IMG/VR virus record: IMGVR_UViG_3300042935_000900
Location: 310 to 64,309 of that record
DNA from: a virus
Taxonomy: Duplodnaviria > Caudoviricetes
Direction: 5' to 3' (one strand)
DNA: 64,000 bases
The notes beneath the pieces were generated by a model. It saw only the letters and a list, made by a program, of their open reading frames with translations, made no database searches and had not been told where the DNA came from. Shown here piece by piece: positions 35,694 through 45,616 of the stretch; position 1 is the first letter of the stretch; every line of letters begins with the position of its first letter. The translations under genes and the position numbers were made by a program.

Positions 35694-36995
35694 ATGTTAA
35701 ACATCCATAACAAAGACATTCTCTTTAAAGCCTTAATCGGCTTCGAGTTCGAATTCTTTTCAAATTACGACCTAGACGAGGCAGTTAAACAACTTAAGTC
35801 TCTTCTGGGTCGTGATATTTATGTAGGTACCAAAGCACATAGTGAATTTCAGCCTACAGATAAAAAGTTTAAAGTTGAACCTGATATGTCAGGTGGTAAG
35901 AACATGCTTGAATTAGTGACTGGTGCTTTACCGTATCAAGATGCTAGAATGGTTCTTATTAAAGTGCTTACTTATATAAAAGAACACGGTTATACAACTG
36001 ACAGATCAGCTATTCATATTAACTGTTCGTTTGATATTAAGCAAACTGGTGATCCTTATAGAATCAAGAAAATGAACGTTTTAAAGTTTATTCTTGACTT
36101 TAATGAGCCACAAGTTTATAAATTCTTCCCAAATAGAGAAAATTCGGTATATGCTAAGTCCATTAAATGGATCTTACCAAGAGCTGAAAACTTCTACTTT
36201 GATGGAAACACCATTTCACAGATGAATTTTGAGTATCCAATGTCTAAATATTATGGCATTAACTTTTCTAAAGCAGAAAAGGGCTATTTAGAATTTCGTT
36301 ATTTGGGTGGTAAAGATTATCAAGACAGAACCACAGATCTTTTGCATTTAACAGATGTGTTCCTATTGCAAATGTGGAACGCTACTGAAAATCCTGGATT
36401 TACGCCTAATAATAAACTTGAATTAAAAAGAATTCTTGAGTTAAATAAAAACGTAATCGAAGGTCGTAAAGACTGGAGAAAGTTATTTACGGCTGATAGT
36501 AATATTAAGTTAACTATTGACATGGATGACAGTGATGTTATTGTTGATATGTATTGGCCACAAATCAGAGATCGAGTAATTAAATTATTTACTCATGGTG
36601 GAATCGAAGGTGGTAGAATCAATTATGACACAGATGCTGGTAAAATTCAAATTAAAGATGCATTTATGAAAATGTGTTTTGAGCTTGAAGTTTATGAGTT
36701 TGTGGATTGTAAAATTAGAGGATCTATTCTTAGCAGTGATTTTTACAACTGCGAAATAGAAGGATCTGATATTAAATTTTGTGCTTTGTTTCAAGGTACT
36801 AATGTAAAAGAAAGTAAGCTTCAATCTTGTTATGTTTCTCAAAGTGTATTTGCTGAAAACTGCTATGTCTTTGGCATAGACGGTTATTTCGAAGGTCAAA
36901 TGCAAGGTGGAATATTTAGAGAAGGAAGATATACACATAAAGCTGATTTCATTGATGTTGAAATCGTACAAAGCAAAAAAATAGAAATGCAATAA
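35694..36995 (+). CDS. putative amidoligase (COOH-NH2 ligase type 2) with beta-helix-like tail
   Basis: IGFEFEF, VEPD, ELVT, AIHIN, KYYGIN and LEFR. Confidence 0.7.
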   Translation: MLNIHNKDILFKALIGFEFEFFSNYDLDEAVKQLKSLLGRDIYVGTKAHSEFQPTDKKFKVEPDMSGGKNMLELVTGALPYQDARMVLIKVLTYIKEHGYTTDRSAIHINCSFDIKQTGDPYRIKKMNVLKFILDFNEPQVYKFFPNRENSVYAKSIKWILPRAENFYFDGNTISQMNFEYPMSKYYGINFSKAEKGYLEFRYLGGKDYQDRTTDLLHLTDVFLLQMWNATENPGFTPNNKLELKRILELNKNVIEGRKDWRKLFTADSNIKLTIDMDDSDVIVDMYWPQIRDRVIKLFTHGGIEGGRINYDTDAGKIQIKDAFMKMCFELEVYEFVDCKIRGSILSSDFYNCEIEGSDIKFCALFQGTNVKESKLQSCYVSQSVFAENCYVFGIDGYFEGQMQGGIFREGRYTHKADFIDVEIVQSKKIEMQ

Positions 36996-36996
36996 A

Positions 36997-37830
36997 ATGA
37001 CTGATATTACAGCTCAAGATTTAGAAGACATGGGTCTCCCTAGGGAATATGATCCCAATTGTTTAAACAATTTTATGATTGAATTAGCGGATGATATTAC
37101 CGGAGCATGTATGATTCCAATGAATCTGCCTAAAAAAGAAATTTATAATATTATTCAAAGAGCTAAGAAATGGTTCTATAAGAATTATGAGTACTCTGTG
37201 CAAGAGAATTTCTTAGTTATTCCTGAAGAGTATTTTGTAACACCAACATACTTAAGTACTAGATCTTTAACTCTTCCTGGAGCGGCATTAGATGGCTCAG
37301 GAGCTGTCTTTGCAGTATACGGTGTTTATCCTGTAGGTTCTTATTATGGTGCTGGTACAGACGTTCGTTTTACTAAAGGTGACTTTAACATCGACCGTTT
37401 ATTATTTGGTGGTATGTTAGGTCAAGGTACTTATGATATTAAATCAGCTGAAAACTTACAGTATTATGTAGTTCAGCAAAGTTATTATGATATGGCTCGT
37501 CAGATTATTAACAATACAATTTCGTTTAACTATAGTAATTTGACTAGAAACTTAAAAATTATGGGTGAAACTCCAAAGAGTCACTTGATTTTAGAGGTTT
37601 ACCAAACTATTCCAGATTGTGCATTATTTGAAGATGAAATCTTCTTTAGATATTGTTCAGCAAAAATTAAAGTTTCATTAGGTGCTAAATTGAGTATTTT
37701 TGATTACAATTTACCAGGTGAAGTTAAACTTAATGCTGATGTTATCAAATCTATGGGTGAAGATGAATTAGAAAAAATTATAGAAGAAATCAAAGGCGAC
37801 GAAGGTGTTGACTGGATGATGCATTCTTAA
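36997..37830 (+). CDS. putative neck protein (T4 gp13-like)
   Basis: Size, N-terminal IP.NL...EI..II.RA..WFY and C-terminal LPG.V.LN...I...G..EL. Confidence 0.55.
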   Translation: MTDITAQDLEDMGLPREYDPNCLNNFMIELADDITGACMIPMNLPKKEIYNIIQRAKKWFYKNYEYSVQENFLVIPEEYFVTPTYLSTRSLTLPGAALDGSGAVFAVYGVYPVGSYYGAGTDVRFTKGDFNIDRLLFGGMLGQGTYDIKSAENLQYYVVQQSYYDMARQIINNTISFNYSNLTRNLKIMGETPKSHLILEVYQTIPDCALFEDEIFFRYCSAKIKVSLGAKLSIFDYNLPGEVKLNADVIKSMGEDELEKIIEEIKGDEGVDWMMHS

Positions 37831-37851
37831 TGAAATATATAGTAACATAGT

Positions 37852-38208
37852 ATGGAACTTTACATAAGAACATTAGATGATCCGAATTTTGATCCAAAGA
37901 AGTTGCAATCTCAAACAGAAATTGCACAACTTCTTACGCAGATCGAAACGATTCTTTTTACAACAAAAGGAGATGTTCTTGGTGATCCAAACTTTGGTGC
38001 TAACTTAGAAGATTTATTGTTTGAGTTTAACTTAAATGAAGAAACGATTCAGGCTTCTATAGAAAGACAATTGGCTACTTATTGCCCATTGGCTCAAAAA
38101 TATAACACGGAAGTGGTTGCAAAATTCTGGAAAGAAGGCGATGTTGTAATTGCAACAGTTGACGTTGTTATAAATAATCAATATGCTGTTAGGGCTGTAA
38201 TAAATTAA
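37852..38208 (+). CDS. baseplate wedge gp25-like protein
   Basis: ILFTTKGDVLGDPNFGANLEDLLFE; AATATATA at 37834-37841 upstream. Confidence 0.85.
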   Translation: MELYIRTLDDPNFDPKKLQSQTEIAQLLTQIETILFTTKGDVLGDPNFGANLEDLLFEFNLNEETIQASIERQLATYCPLAQKYNTEVVAKFWKEGDVVIATVDVVINNQYAVRAVIN

Positions 38209-38215
38209 ACAAGAG

Positions 38216-40045
38216 ATGGCAGATTTTAAAATTTTAAACAAAGCTAGAATACAATCTTCTCAGATTTTTGAAGATACAAGAACTTATATTTCTAGAGCTT
38301 ACAAAAGAACCGGTGAATTTTTCACTGCTGCGTCGCCGTACGCTCAAATCCTATTAGTTCTTTCAGAACTTGGTCAACTTATAATGTTCTATATTGAAGA
38401 TGCTTTAGTTGAACAAAATATTTATACTGCGCAACAAACTGAAAGTATTTATGGTTTAGCAAGATTAGCAGGTCACGATCCAACTAGAGGTTTTAGTGCA
38501 ACTGGACAAATTAAATTTAGATGGAAACCAGGTGTTACCAGTGATATTGCTGGTGATGCATTGACTATTCCAGCTAATGCTGAAATTTCTTTTCCTGCAA
38601 ATGGTTTAGTTTATTTAGTTAGAACAAATGGAGATCAATTTAGACTTGATAAGAATTTCTCTGGCTATATTAATGCCCCAATTATACAAGGTAAATTAGA
38701 AAGCCAAACATTAACTGCTACAGGTGAGAGATTACAATCATTTAATGTTAAAGTGTCTGGTGCAACTGGACATGACACAGTTAGAATTACCGTTAACAGC
38801 GAACTTTGGACTTCTTATAACTCATTATATGAAATGAACTCTGATTCTAAAGGATACCTTATTAAAACAGGTATTATGGGAGGATTAGATCTTTATTTTG
38901 GAAATGGAAACTTTGGTATGATTCCACCTGCTGGTGCAATTATCGGTGTTGAATACATCAAACACGATGGTACTTTAGGTAACTTGGGTGATGCCAAAGA
39001 TATTACATTTAAATGGATTACAGAAGGAACTGACTCAGTTGGAAATCCGTATGACTTGAATCAAGTTCTTGATTTTGAAGTTGTTTCTGCACCTAAAATG
39101 GGTGGAGATCCAGAATCTACTGAATTCACTAAATTAATCGCGCCGTTAGCTTCTAAATCATTTGTATTAGCTACACCAGAAAACTATGAACACTTCTTAT
39201 CAAGATACAACTCATTCTCTTATATAGATGCATATAACACAACAGACGATGGATATTTGGATGATGATAACGTAATTTACTTATTTATGTTACCAGATGC
39301 TAAAAGAAAATTAACAGGCACCCAAGATTATTTTGCATTGCCTGTTGAAGAATTTACTTTTACTGCAACTGAACAAGCTGCTATTCAAAAAACTATTGAA
39401 GACTCAGGTCAACAAATGGTAGTTACAGATATTGAGTTTGTTACGCCTACCATTAAAAAATACAGAATGGATATTTATGTTAGATATTTTGAAGGCTTTG
39501 ATAAGAATCAAATCTTTAAAGAGGTTAGATCTAAGATGAGTGAGTATCTATTGAATATAACAAGAAGAGACAAATTACCAAAATCTGATATTATTGCTTT
39601 ATTAGAAGCAGTAGAAGGTATTGATGCGGTCAATGTACAGTTTGTTTCAGCACTCGAAGAAGAGGCTAGAAGATTGGGTTACTATTATGTTAAAACAATA
39701 AAAGTTACTCCTTCGACTCCTTTATTAAAAGATATAGGCAATGGTAAACAAAGATATTTCTTCTTTGAAAAATCAGAAACTATTCAAAAAGTTAACTTAA
39801 TTGCAGGACAACCTAACCCCGTTGGATTTGATAAATACATTGGACTAGACAAATATGGTGATATTATCTTACAAAAACAAGATCTTGCTTTATTTAGAGG
39901 TGGTTGGTATGACAGAGATAATGCGGTAGTAAAAGATAGCCCAGCATTAAATCAGATGGCAAGTTTATCAGTTTATTTTGATGAACCACCAGTACAAAGA
40001 ACGGTATTTACACAGTTACAAGCTGCAACTAGAAAAATGCTTTAA
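38216..40045 (+). CDS. baseplate wedge gp6/baseplate J-like protein
   Basis: TAQ..SIYGLA...G, LYFGNGNFG.IP, GG.PES and T.ENYE. Confidence 0.8.
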   Translation: MADFKILNKARIQSSQIFEDTRTYISRAYKRTGEFFTAASPYAQILLVLSELGQLIMFYIEDALVEQNIYTAQQTESIYGLARLAGHDPTRGFSATGQIKFRWKPGVTSDIAGDALTIPANAEISFPANGLVYLVRTNGDQFRLDKNFSGYINAPIIQGKLESQTLTATGERLQSFNVKVSGATGHDTVRITVNSELWTSYNSLYEMNSDSKGYLIKTGIMGGLDLYFGNGNFGMIPPAGAIIGVEYIKHDGTLGNLGDAKDITFKWITEGTDSVGNPYDLNQVLDFEVVSAPKMGGDPESTEFTKLIAPLASKSFVLATPENYEHFLSRYNSFSYIDAYNTTDDGYLDDDNVIYLFMLPDAKRKLTGTQDYFALPVEEFTFTATEQAAIQKTIEDSGQQMVVTDIEFVTPTIKKYRMDIYVRYFEGFDKNQIFKEVRSKMSEYLLNITRRDKLPKSDIIALLEAVEGIDAVNVQFVSALEEEARRLGYYYVKTIKVTPSTPLLKDIGNGKQRYFFFEKSETIQKVNLIAGQPNPVGFDKYIGLDKYGDIILQKQDLALFRGGWYDRDNAVVKDSPALNQMASLSVYFDEPPVQRTVFTQLQAATRKML

Positions 40046-40060
40046 ATATAAACTTAACAG

Positions 40061-40333
40061 ATGGCAAAGACAATTTATGACGGTTTATATAGATATAAGT
40101 TAACAAAACTTTATACAACAGCAAAGCGTTCTAAAGACGATAGAAAAAATACAGGTTATGATTACAAAGATAAAATCATGAAAAGATCTGTATCTCCACA
40201 TATTTATAGAAATGAAGTTATGGCTGATTTTCTAGATTTTATAAATGATTTTGTTTATGAAAAAATTAAAGCTGTTAGAAGACTTAAATTGTTTAAGTCC
40301 TTTACTGTTGACAAAGACTACGATATAGAATAA
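40061..40333 (+). CDS. small hypothetical protein in the baseplate region
   Basis: 90 aa ORF in operon. Confidence 0.6.
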   Translation: MAKTIYDGLYRYKLTKLYTTAKRSKDDRKNTGYDYKDKIMKRSVSPHIYRNEVMADFLDFINDFVYEKIKAVRRLKLFKSFTVDKDYDIE

Positions 40334-43104
40334 TGAATTTACAAGATCACTCAAGATATTTATTTTTCAACGGTACTAAAGGTATATTGAATTTTGATTA
40401 CAACTCGACAGATAATATCTGGACGGGTAGTATTCATTTAAATGAGGTTTCAACTGGACTTTTTGAAACTGTTTCTTTGGCGATCGTAGAAGAGGTAAAG
40501 GACGTTGATGGAAATATTCATTACGTTAAACCTATTGCTGGAAATGGCGAAACAGCCACTATTACTGCAAGATTAGTTACCAACAATTATACGAGTGATG
40601 ACATATTCTTATTTGAAACCGTTTTAGGTGAAAATAATGATTTGGAAGTTAGTAAACTAATCAAAAAAGATCTTGCGATTGATGCATCAACAATAGCAAC
40701 TCATACAAATCCTTCTTACAAAATTGTCCCTTTACTTTCAAACATCCACGAAGAGGCTATTATTTTTAATTTAGCACTTCAGTCTGAAACTGAAGGTTCT
40801 CACCTTAGATGGTTAGAATTGGTTATGTCAACTGGACAAGTTATTGCTTATATTAAATTATATGGTGAAACAGTTGCAGAAGATGAGCGTTTAGGTGTTC
40901 TTTTAGATAACCTAGGAATGAGTATTCCTGAGGGTGATATGAGTCTTTTTAAAGATCACGACATCGACGAAGTTGGTACAGATTGGATCTTGCTAAATGC
41001 CAAGAGAAAAGAAATGCTTTTAGAGGGTCACAATATTAAGCCATACGTTGGTACATATAAAGCCTTAATTAATGCTGTTAAATTCTATGGCTATAATAAT
41101 CTAACAATTAAAGAATATTGGTTAGACATTAATAATAAGTCTCAGAATTTTGGTAAATTGCGTGCTGTTCCAGTAACAGATGTTGATAGTCCAGGATATA
41201 GCGTTAACGGTTCAACTGGAATTAATAAGCCAAGTGGAACTGCCAAAAAGACTTCACGTTTTTCTTTAACATATAGAATTAATACACCGACTGGTATAGA
41301 TGATGAGTGGGATACACCACAAGTAGAAGAAGTTTATGACTATTCTCCTGAAGAAGTTTTAGTTAAACTTTATGCTCTTAAGAATAAATTACAAAGAAGC
41401 TATTTGCCATTATATGCTAAAATAGTTGATATTACTGGTGAGGCTGATATATTTGGTGTTAAAAATACAAATGTTAGTGCTAATGCAAATCCAATTGGAT
41501 TTATTGATGGTGGTATAGATCTTAAATATACAGTCTTTCCTGAAGGACCTATCTTTATTGAGAATTTAGAAAAAGTTAGTGATGCGTTTACTGATGATTA
41601 CAATGACTTTGTTAATTTACCAAAGGTAGTTAATAATATAACATATACCAAACAAAGTATGATGGATGATATTAGAACTTTCTATACATCTTATTATAGC
41701 TTATCACTAGAAGACAACGAAATGACACCGTTTGATAATGATGGGCCAATTACGGGTGCACCATTAATTTTAAAATTTGACGGTTATCAAGATCTTTGGA
41801 AAGAAATGGATCAAAATCTTTCATGGAATGATTTTGAACAAGCTACGTTTAATCAATGGAATAATTATTGGTCAAGAAACACTTATGAAATCGAATGGAC
41901 TATTACTGGACCAAATGGTTATAATAGAGTATTAAGAGGTCCTATAGGATATTGGAGTGAAACAAACTCTGGAACACCAAGTGGTACGACTGCTGTGTGG
42001 AATCCTGAATTTTGTGAATTGCCAATTGCTTTGCCTTTTGCTGGAAATTATAATGTGACTTTAAAGGTTTATGATCTTTACAATTATGTGTCACAATTAA
42101 GAGAATATGACAAAATAACTGCTGTTAACAAAGCTGTTAATATTTATGGTCTTTATAAGTACAGAGAAGAAACTTATATTTGGAATGAATACGATGATAT
42201 GTGGAAATCTGCAAGTGCATCATGGAACTTACCCGTAAATAATCAGGTTATGATCCAAGACATCCCAGCTTCGGCATATTTGACATTAGACAGATATAAC
42301 TACTCTTATAATAACGACAACCCAGATTTGTCTACAATCACTCGTTATAAAGATTTAGATGCAGAATTTGGTTGGTCAGAAACGACTGGTCCTTATTTCT
42401 GGAATAATCTTGGAGATGCTAATTGGAATCATTCATCTAATTTATGGTGGGAAGCCACTGAAATTGGACCAGATCAAACAGCTTCTTTTAAAATTAGCGA
42501 TATTGAAAATGGTAGCGAGTTAACTGTTTATCATAGATCTCCTGAAACCTCACAAATAGTTTTTGGTTCTTATGTTATTACTAGTCCAACACCAACTAAC
42601 GTAGCTGGATGGCAAGCAATAGCTGATGAATTAAATGCAGTGACTAACCCGATTATTAAGAAATTTGCTTTTAATCCTGTTTTTGAAGATACTAATAACG
42701 ACGGAACAAATGATGTATGTTTATACATATTGGCTGTTGGAAAAGAATACAGTGCGCATAATGATTTTGAAGAAGCAACGTTAACTTTTGGTGAAATTCA
42801 TAGCGGGCAACATTATTTAAGCAGAAATCCAACATGGAATGACACAGTTTTCTTTGAGGGACATGCTGTAGTTAATAAATTAACACATGTGACATTTGCA
42901 TTAGACAAAACTATGATGCCTGGAAAAACTAAACCAACATGGGTACTTAAAAATGAGTCTCAAAATTCTCCTGATATATACTATGATAATATGTGGTTTA
43001 CCTACTTGTTTAAGAACGCTGGAACTTATTCGTTAAGTCTAGAATTAGAGGATACAAATGGGAATATCAATAAAGTCAAGAAAAACATAATTACAGTAAA
43101 ATAA
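40333..43104 (+). CDS. large baseplate wedge or structural protein (gp7-like, PKD-like Ig domains)
   Basis: YVGTYKALINAVKFYGY...EYW; G.YNVTL.V.D and GTYSLSL..D repeats. Confidence 0.55.
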   Translation: MNLQDHSRYLFFNGTKGILNFDYNSTDNIWTGSIHLNEVSTGLFETVSLAIVEEVKDVDGNIHYVKPIAGNGETATITARLVTNNYTSDDIFLFETVLGENNDLEVSKLIKKDLAIDASTIATHTNPSYKIVPLLSNIHEEAIIFNLALQSETEGSHLRWLELVMSTGQVIAYIKLYGETVAEDERLGVLLDNLGMSIPEGDMSLFKDHDIDEVGTDWILLNAKRKEMLLEGHNIKPYVGTYKALINAVKFYGYNNLTIKEYWLDINNKSQNFGKLRAVPVTDVDSPGYSVNGSTGINKPSGTAKKTSRFSLTYRINTPTGIDDEWDTPQVEEVYDYSPEEVLVKLYALKNKLQRSYLPLYAKIVDITGEADIFGVKNTNVSANANPIGFIDGGIDLKYTVFPEGPIFIENLEKVSDAFTDDYNDFVNLPKVVNNITYTKQSMMDDIRTFYTSYYSLSLEDNEMTPFDNDGPITGAPLILKFDGYQDLWKEMDQNLSWNDFEQATFNQWNNYWSRNTYEIEWTITGPNGYNRVLRGPIGYWSETNSGTPSGTTAVWNPEFCELPIALPFAGNYNVTLKVYDLYNYVSQLREYDKITAVNKAVNIYGLYKYREETYIWNEYDDMWKSASASWNLPVNNQVMIQDIPASAYLTLDRYNYSYNNDNPDLSTITRYKDLDAEFGWSETTGPYFWNNLGDANWNHSSNLWWEATEIGPDQTASFKISDIENGSELTVYHRSPETSQIVFGSYVITSPTPTNVAGWQAIADELNAVTNPIIKKFAFNPVFEDTNNDGTNDVCLYILAVGKEYSAHNDFEEATLTFGEIHSGQHYLSRNPTWNDTVFFEGHAVVNKLTHVTFALDKTMMPGKTKPTWVLKNESQNSPDIYYDNMWFTYLFKNAGTYSLSLELEDTNGNINKVKKNIITVK
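42973..42980 (+). promoter_or_regulatory. late-type promoter GATATATA near a gene end
   Basis: About 135 nt upstream of 43115. Confidence 0.45.
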
Positions 43105-43114
43105 AATATAAAAA

Positions 43115-43678
43115 ATGGCAAACATTCAACAAATTCTAGGTACGGACAGCATTTCTGCTTCAAGAACAGTTATCAATGACAACTTTAGTGCAATCAACGC
43201 TGAGTTAGGTGATATTCTAAATTACTTAGACACAAATAGTCTTACATTAAGCTCAATGAGTTTGGTCGAGTCAGATCAAATCACAGTACCTGGTGCAGCA
43301 GATTTATCACTAAGTGGTAATACTTTTTCTGTAGCTTCTGAATTTACATCTTCTTTAGATATGGCTGCGGCGGTTTACAAATCAGCTTATGCGTCAGTAT
43401 CTACTTTTCCAGCTACATTAACAAATGTTCACGGAACTATTATCTTAGATGCTTCTATGACTGCAACATCTAATTTAGCAAACGGAGCATCTGATGGTCA
43501 TGAAATCACAGTACTGGCTAGAGCAGCGTATCCTGATGCTCTTAACGCATCAAATATTTTGGGATTCACTACTGAAAATGTAGATTTTACAGGAAATGGT
43601 TCAACGATTACATTGAGATGGTCTCAAACACTTTCAAAATGGATTGTAATTAGCTCTTACGCTACTACAATTTCATAA
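43115..43678 (+). CDS. virion structural protein
   Basis: D.IS.SR..INDNF fibre-anchor-like N-terminus, similar to that of 54052. Confidence 0.6.
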   Translation: MANIQQILGTDSISASRTVINDNFSAINAELGDILNYLDTNSLTLSSMSLVESDQITVPGAADLSLSGNTFSVASEFTSSLDMAAAVYKSAYASVSTFPATLTNVHGTIILDASMTATSNLANGASDGHEITVLARAAYPDALNASNILGFTTENVDFTGNGSTITLRWSQTLSKWIVISSYATTIS

Positions 43679-43702
43679 TAAAATTTAGAGTAAAGTAATA
43701 AT

Positions 43703-45616
43703 ATGTCAACACCTTTAATTAGAAGACCGCAAACACAAGGTTCAACAGTATATGCATTTGCATCTGCTGCGAAAGATTTAACAAGAACCCATAACAATCC
43801 TGATTTGAAATTTGAATTTTCAAGATTTGCATTGTTAAATTTACCTGAAGATACTTCAGTTAATGGATATAATTCTATGAACTTTGGATTGTTAGAAACT
43901 ATCAGTGGTCCTAATTATTCGGCGTCTGATCCAAATATAGATTTTGCTACTACTCTACAAAACTATGCCCTAAACTTAGAGCAACATATTCTACAAGATA
44001 ATGATTTTGATCCGGATTTATTTGAATCTGATGCAGAAAAAATCTTCTTTAAATGGCTAGATTCAATTGATGCTATTAGATTTAAACCATCTGACAATTC
44101 AGAATCTGCAATTGGCTTATCAAGATTTACAGAAAACTTTGATAGTATTACAAGCGGAGCAGCTTATGATAGAGTAGTTAAATATGTTGGTACTATTGAT
44201 GCAACAAACGATGTAATGTACAAAGGTAATGCGTACCAAGAAATTTACATTAATGTTCCTACATCACACGGTTCAACTCCAACTATTCTTTTTAAAAGCT
44301 CTGGAGATTTAGCTTATAATACTACAGCGACTGAATATAATGTTGCGGCTGAACCTCAAATTTTAGGAAGAGGCAATTCTACACATCCAGATCCATTAAT
44401 TTCATTAGATACTATTTGTGATAGTACTGTAGGTGTTGGTAAATACAACATTAATCCAAATACGAGTCCTATTTATGGAATTGATTGGACTCCAAGTTCT
44501 TATTCTAGTATTATTAATGATTCGACTTTACAGAGTATTTCTGATTTTAATCAAAGAGGTACAGATTTTAAATTCAATGCCATTTTAATTTACTATGACG
44601 TATATAGTCTATCAACTCCTAGTAATAGAGCGACAAACTTATACGGTGTTATTATCTTAGATAGTTTCACTGATGGTATAATTCCAGCTCAACAAAAATA
44701 CAAGCCAAATAGTGTAAGTGGTCTAAACGGTAATGCATATTCTTACAAATTAAACATGAGATATAATTCATCTCTTGATAATGTAGGATCTGATGTTACA
44801 GTTAATGACTTTACAACTTTCACAATGGATATTTTCTACGATAGTGTATCTTCTTTAGATAATGCTACTAAGACTTTAATTTCTGCAAATGACAGAATCA
44901 CAGAAGCTTTAGCTAAATATGATGCTTTAGAATCTTTTGTTTTAAGTCAAGATCAAATGTCCCTTTTTATTACAGAACTACGAGATTTACAAGAACAGTT
45001 CGTGGCGGCAAATGCTAATTTTAGCAATAGTACTGCTATTCTTGATTTGATTGCAGAAACTAACTCAAGAATTAATCAAATAATCAGTGGTACAATTCCT
45101 ACGAGTGTACAATATAATACCGATGTTGTTAAAAACGGAAAAGGTATTTTAGTAGACAGAGTTAATGGTAAGATTTATGTTAATAACAACGTGAATGGTT
45201 ATAGCATGCCTCAACCTTATAATTATGACATTAATACTTTGGTTAAAACAACGCAAATTACTGATTCTACTCAATATGATCCAAATAACGCTACAAGTAC
45301 TGGTATTTGGGCTAAATTAGATAACTTTGAAAACATGGTTAGGGTTTCTGTTAACTCAAACCCTGCCGTAAATGAGGTTTATATATACATTGATGATACT
45401 GCTGTAACATGGAAAAAAGGTCAAACATTAAAGTTAGTCTTTAATAATAATATAGATCTTAATGGAAATGCAATGGTTTTAGATTTGAACTTGACTGCAA
45501 ATATTGTAATTCCAGCAGCTTCATTTATATCAACAAAACCATACATTGAAATTATTTGTATCAATCCAAGTGCTACAAGTATTAATCAAAAATTTAAATA
45601 CGATATTTTAAGATAA
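43703..45616 (+). CDS. virion structural protein
   Basis: 637 aa; function from context only. Confidence 0.6.
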   Translation: MSTPLIRRPQTQGSTVYAFASAAKDLTRTHNNPDLKFEFSRFALLNLPEDTSVNGYNSMNFGLLETISGPNYSASDPNIDFATTLQNYALNLEQHILQDNDFDPDLFESDAEKIFFKWLDSIDAIRFKPSDNSESAIGLSRFTENFDSITSGAAYDRVVKYVGTIDATNDVMYKGNAYQEIYINVPTSHGSTPTILFKSSGDLAYNTTATEYNVAAEPQILGRGNSTHPDPLISLDTICDSTVGVGKYNINPNTSPIYGIDWTPSSYSSIINDSTLQSISDFNQRGTDFKFNAILIYYDVYSLSTPSNRATNLYGVIILDSFTDGIIPAQQKYKPNSVSGLNGNAYSYKLNMRYNSSLDNVGSDVTVNDFTTFTMDIFYDSVSSLDNATKTLISANDRITEALAKYDALESFVLSQDQMSLFITELRDLQEQFVAANANFSNSTAILDLIAETNSRINQIISGTIPTSVQYNTDVVKNGKGILVDRVNGKIYVNNNVNGYSMPQPYNYDINTLVKTTQITDSTQYDPNNATSTGIWAKLDNFENMVRVSVNSNPAVNEVYIYIDDTAVTWKKGQTLKLVFNNNIDLNGNAMVLDLNLTANIVIPAASFISTKPYIEIICINPSATSINQKFKYDILR

